Of a stretch of DNA of 51,840 nt, positions 51,280-51,840 are shown piece by piece. The notes under the pieces are model-generated. The model worked only from the letters and a program-made list of their open reading frames with translations. It searched no databases and had not been told where the DNA came from. This DNA is from a virus. The translations under genes were made by a program, and so were the position numbers. The first letter of the stretch is position 1. Each line of letters starts with the position of its first letter. The stretch spans positions 1 through 51,840 of the IMG/VR virus record IMGVR_UViG_3300041809_000571; one strand, 5' to 3'.

Positions 51280-51840
51280 ATGAAGGTTGTTTTTGCTCCC
51301 ACCGTACCTCCCCCCGAGGGAGCGGTGGTAGCCACTCAAGACGGGTATACGGGGGACATCATTTACATCGCCAAAGACGGGCATTACATCGGGGATGACG
51401 GTTTCGTAGTTCCCAAGAACTTTGTGGAGTTCTACGAGCGGTTCCCGACCATGGTTCGCAATTGGGTCAAGAAGCGCCTGTCCACTCAGCCGGACAATGA
51501 GGTAGAGGATTGGACACAGGACCTTCTTATCCACCTACAATCTCTTCCTGACGAATCCAAGCACCGGGATGCGGGCAAGACAGACCTTGTGCAGGTGTTC
51601 GACCCCTTCCGTCAGTACGGGGCGAGCGAGCGCCGGTTCCGTCACTTCCTAAACGTGTGTCTCATGCGGAAGTTTCTCACAGTGGGAAGCAAACTCTCCC
51701 GCAATCCCTTGAGCCGCATGGATAACGTGTCTTTGTCGGCGGCGGAACAGGACGAATTCATCATGCAGTCGGGTGGTGTGGACGAGTATGTCTACAAGAA
51801 TTCCACCGAGCTTTCCTTGGGCACCGATAAGGAAGCCAAA
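51280..51840 (+). CDS. hypothetical protein, partial (runs off the window end)
   Basis: ATG 51280, open to the end of the window; segment FRHFLNVCLMRKFLTVGSKLSRNPL weakly resembles sigma region 2. Confidence 0.45.
   Translation, partial: MKVVFAPTVPPPEGAVVATQDGYTGDIIYIAKDGHYIGDDGFVVPKNFVEFYERFPTMVRNWVKKRLSTQPDNEVEDWTQDLLIHLQSLPDESKHRDAGKTDLVQVFDPFRQYGASERRFRHFLNVCLMRKFLTVGSKLSRNPLSRMDNVSLSAAEQDEFIMQSGGVDEYVYKNSTELSLGTDKEAK

Noticed and set aside
51241-51534. Minus-strand ORF 51241..51534
   Set aside because: It is fully antisense to the plus-strand ORF starting at 51280, which has an ATG and continues to the window end. It has no SD.
1-51840. tRNA, rRNA and CRISPR search
   Set aside because: No GTTCGA(A/G)TCC-type T-loop with matching acceptor stems was seen. 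No repeat-spacer arrays are present; the only regular repeats are intragenic, protein-level repeats.

Overview
This 51.8-kb window appears to be a segment of a large, mosaic dsDNA tailed-phage genome. Coding density is near 95%, coding regions are GC-rich (about 55-60%), and most genes are preceded by GGAGG-type Shine-Dalgarno sequences. Adjacent genes frequently overlap by ATGA, TGATG or TAGTG, which suggests translational coupling. No rRNA, tRNA or CRISPR array was found.

Layout, left to right:
1. 235-10260 (+): a structural and accessory block. It holds a SWIM-zinc-finger protein, three fibre-like proteins with tandem bacterial Ig-like HxITAxYSGD repeats, a frameshifted GIY-YIG/NUMOD3 homing-endonuclease gene, an acidic repeat protein and a secreted protein.
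2. 10241-26024 (-): a block of about 45 mostly small genes arranged in nine consecutive operons. It includes a radical-SAM protein, an ATP-dependent DNA ligase and many zinc-ribbon mini-proteins. Each operon starts with the same roughly 24-nt promoter-plus-SD cassette.
3. 26110-29357 (+): the terminase large subunit followed by three small genes.
4. 29556-35053 (-): a low-GC glycan-modification island (details below).
5. 35185-40180 (+): a fibre-like protein, a protein with two sigma-70 region-4-like HTH domains, a C5-cytosine DNA methyltransferase, and a second operon driven by the same cassette.
6. 40128-50249 (-): a second Endonuclease-VII-like gene that is AT-rich, then very large Cys-cluster proteins of 618, 1604 and 547 aa.
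7. 50308-51840 (+): another cassette copy, followed by a proline-rich AT-hook protein and a partial gene that runs off the end.

The most notable content is the glycan island and the repeated cassette.
- The island encodes a GT11 alpha-1,2-fucosyltransferase, a GT6 A/B-transferase-like enzyme, a 781-aa tri-domain fusion (GT32 + SAM-methyltransferase + GT31), a GT2-methyltransferase fusion and an Endonuclease-VII-like nuclease.
- A roughly 24-nt cassette (consensus close to CCGTGGTATACTGAGAGTGGGAGG) combining an extended -10 element with an SD sequence occurs 12 times.

All functional calls rest on motifs read by eye from the translations. No database search was run.
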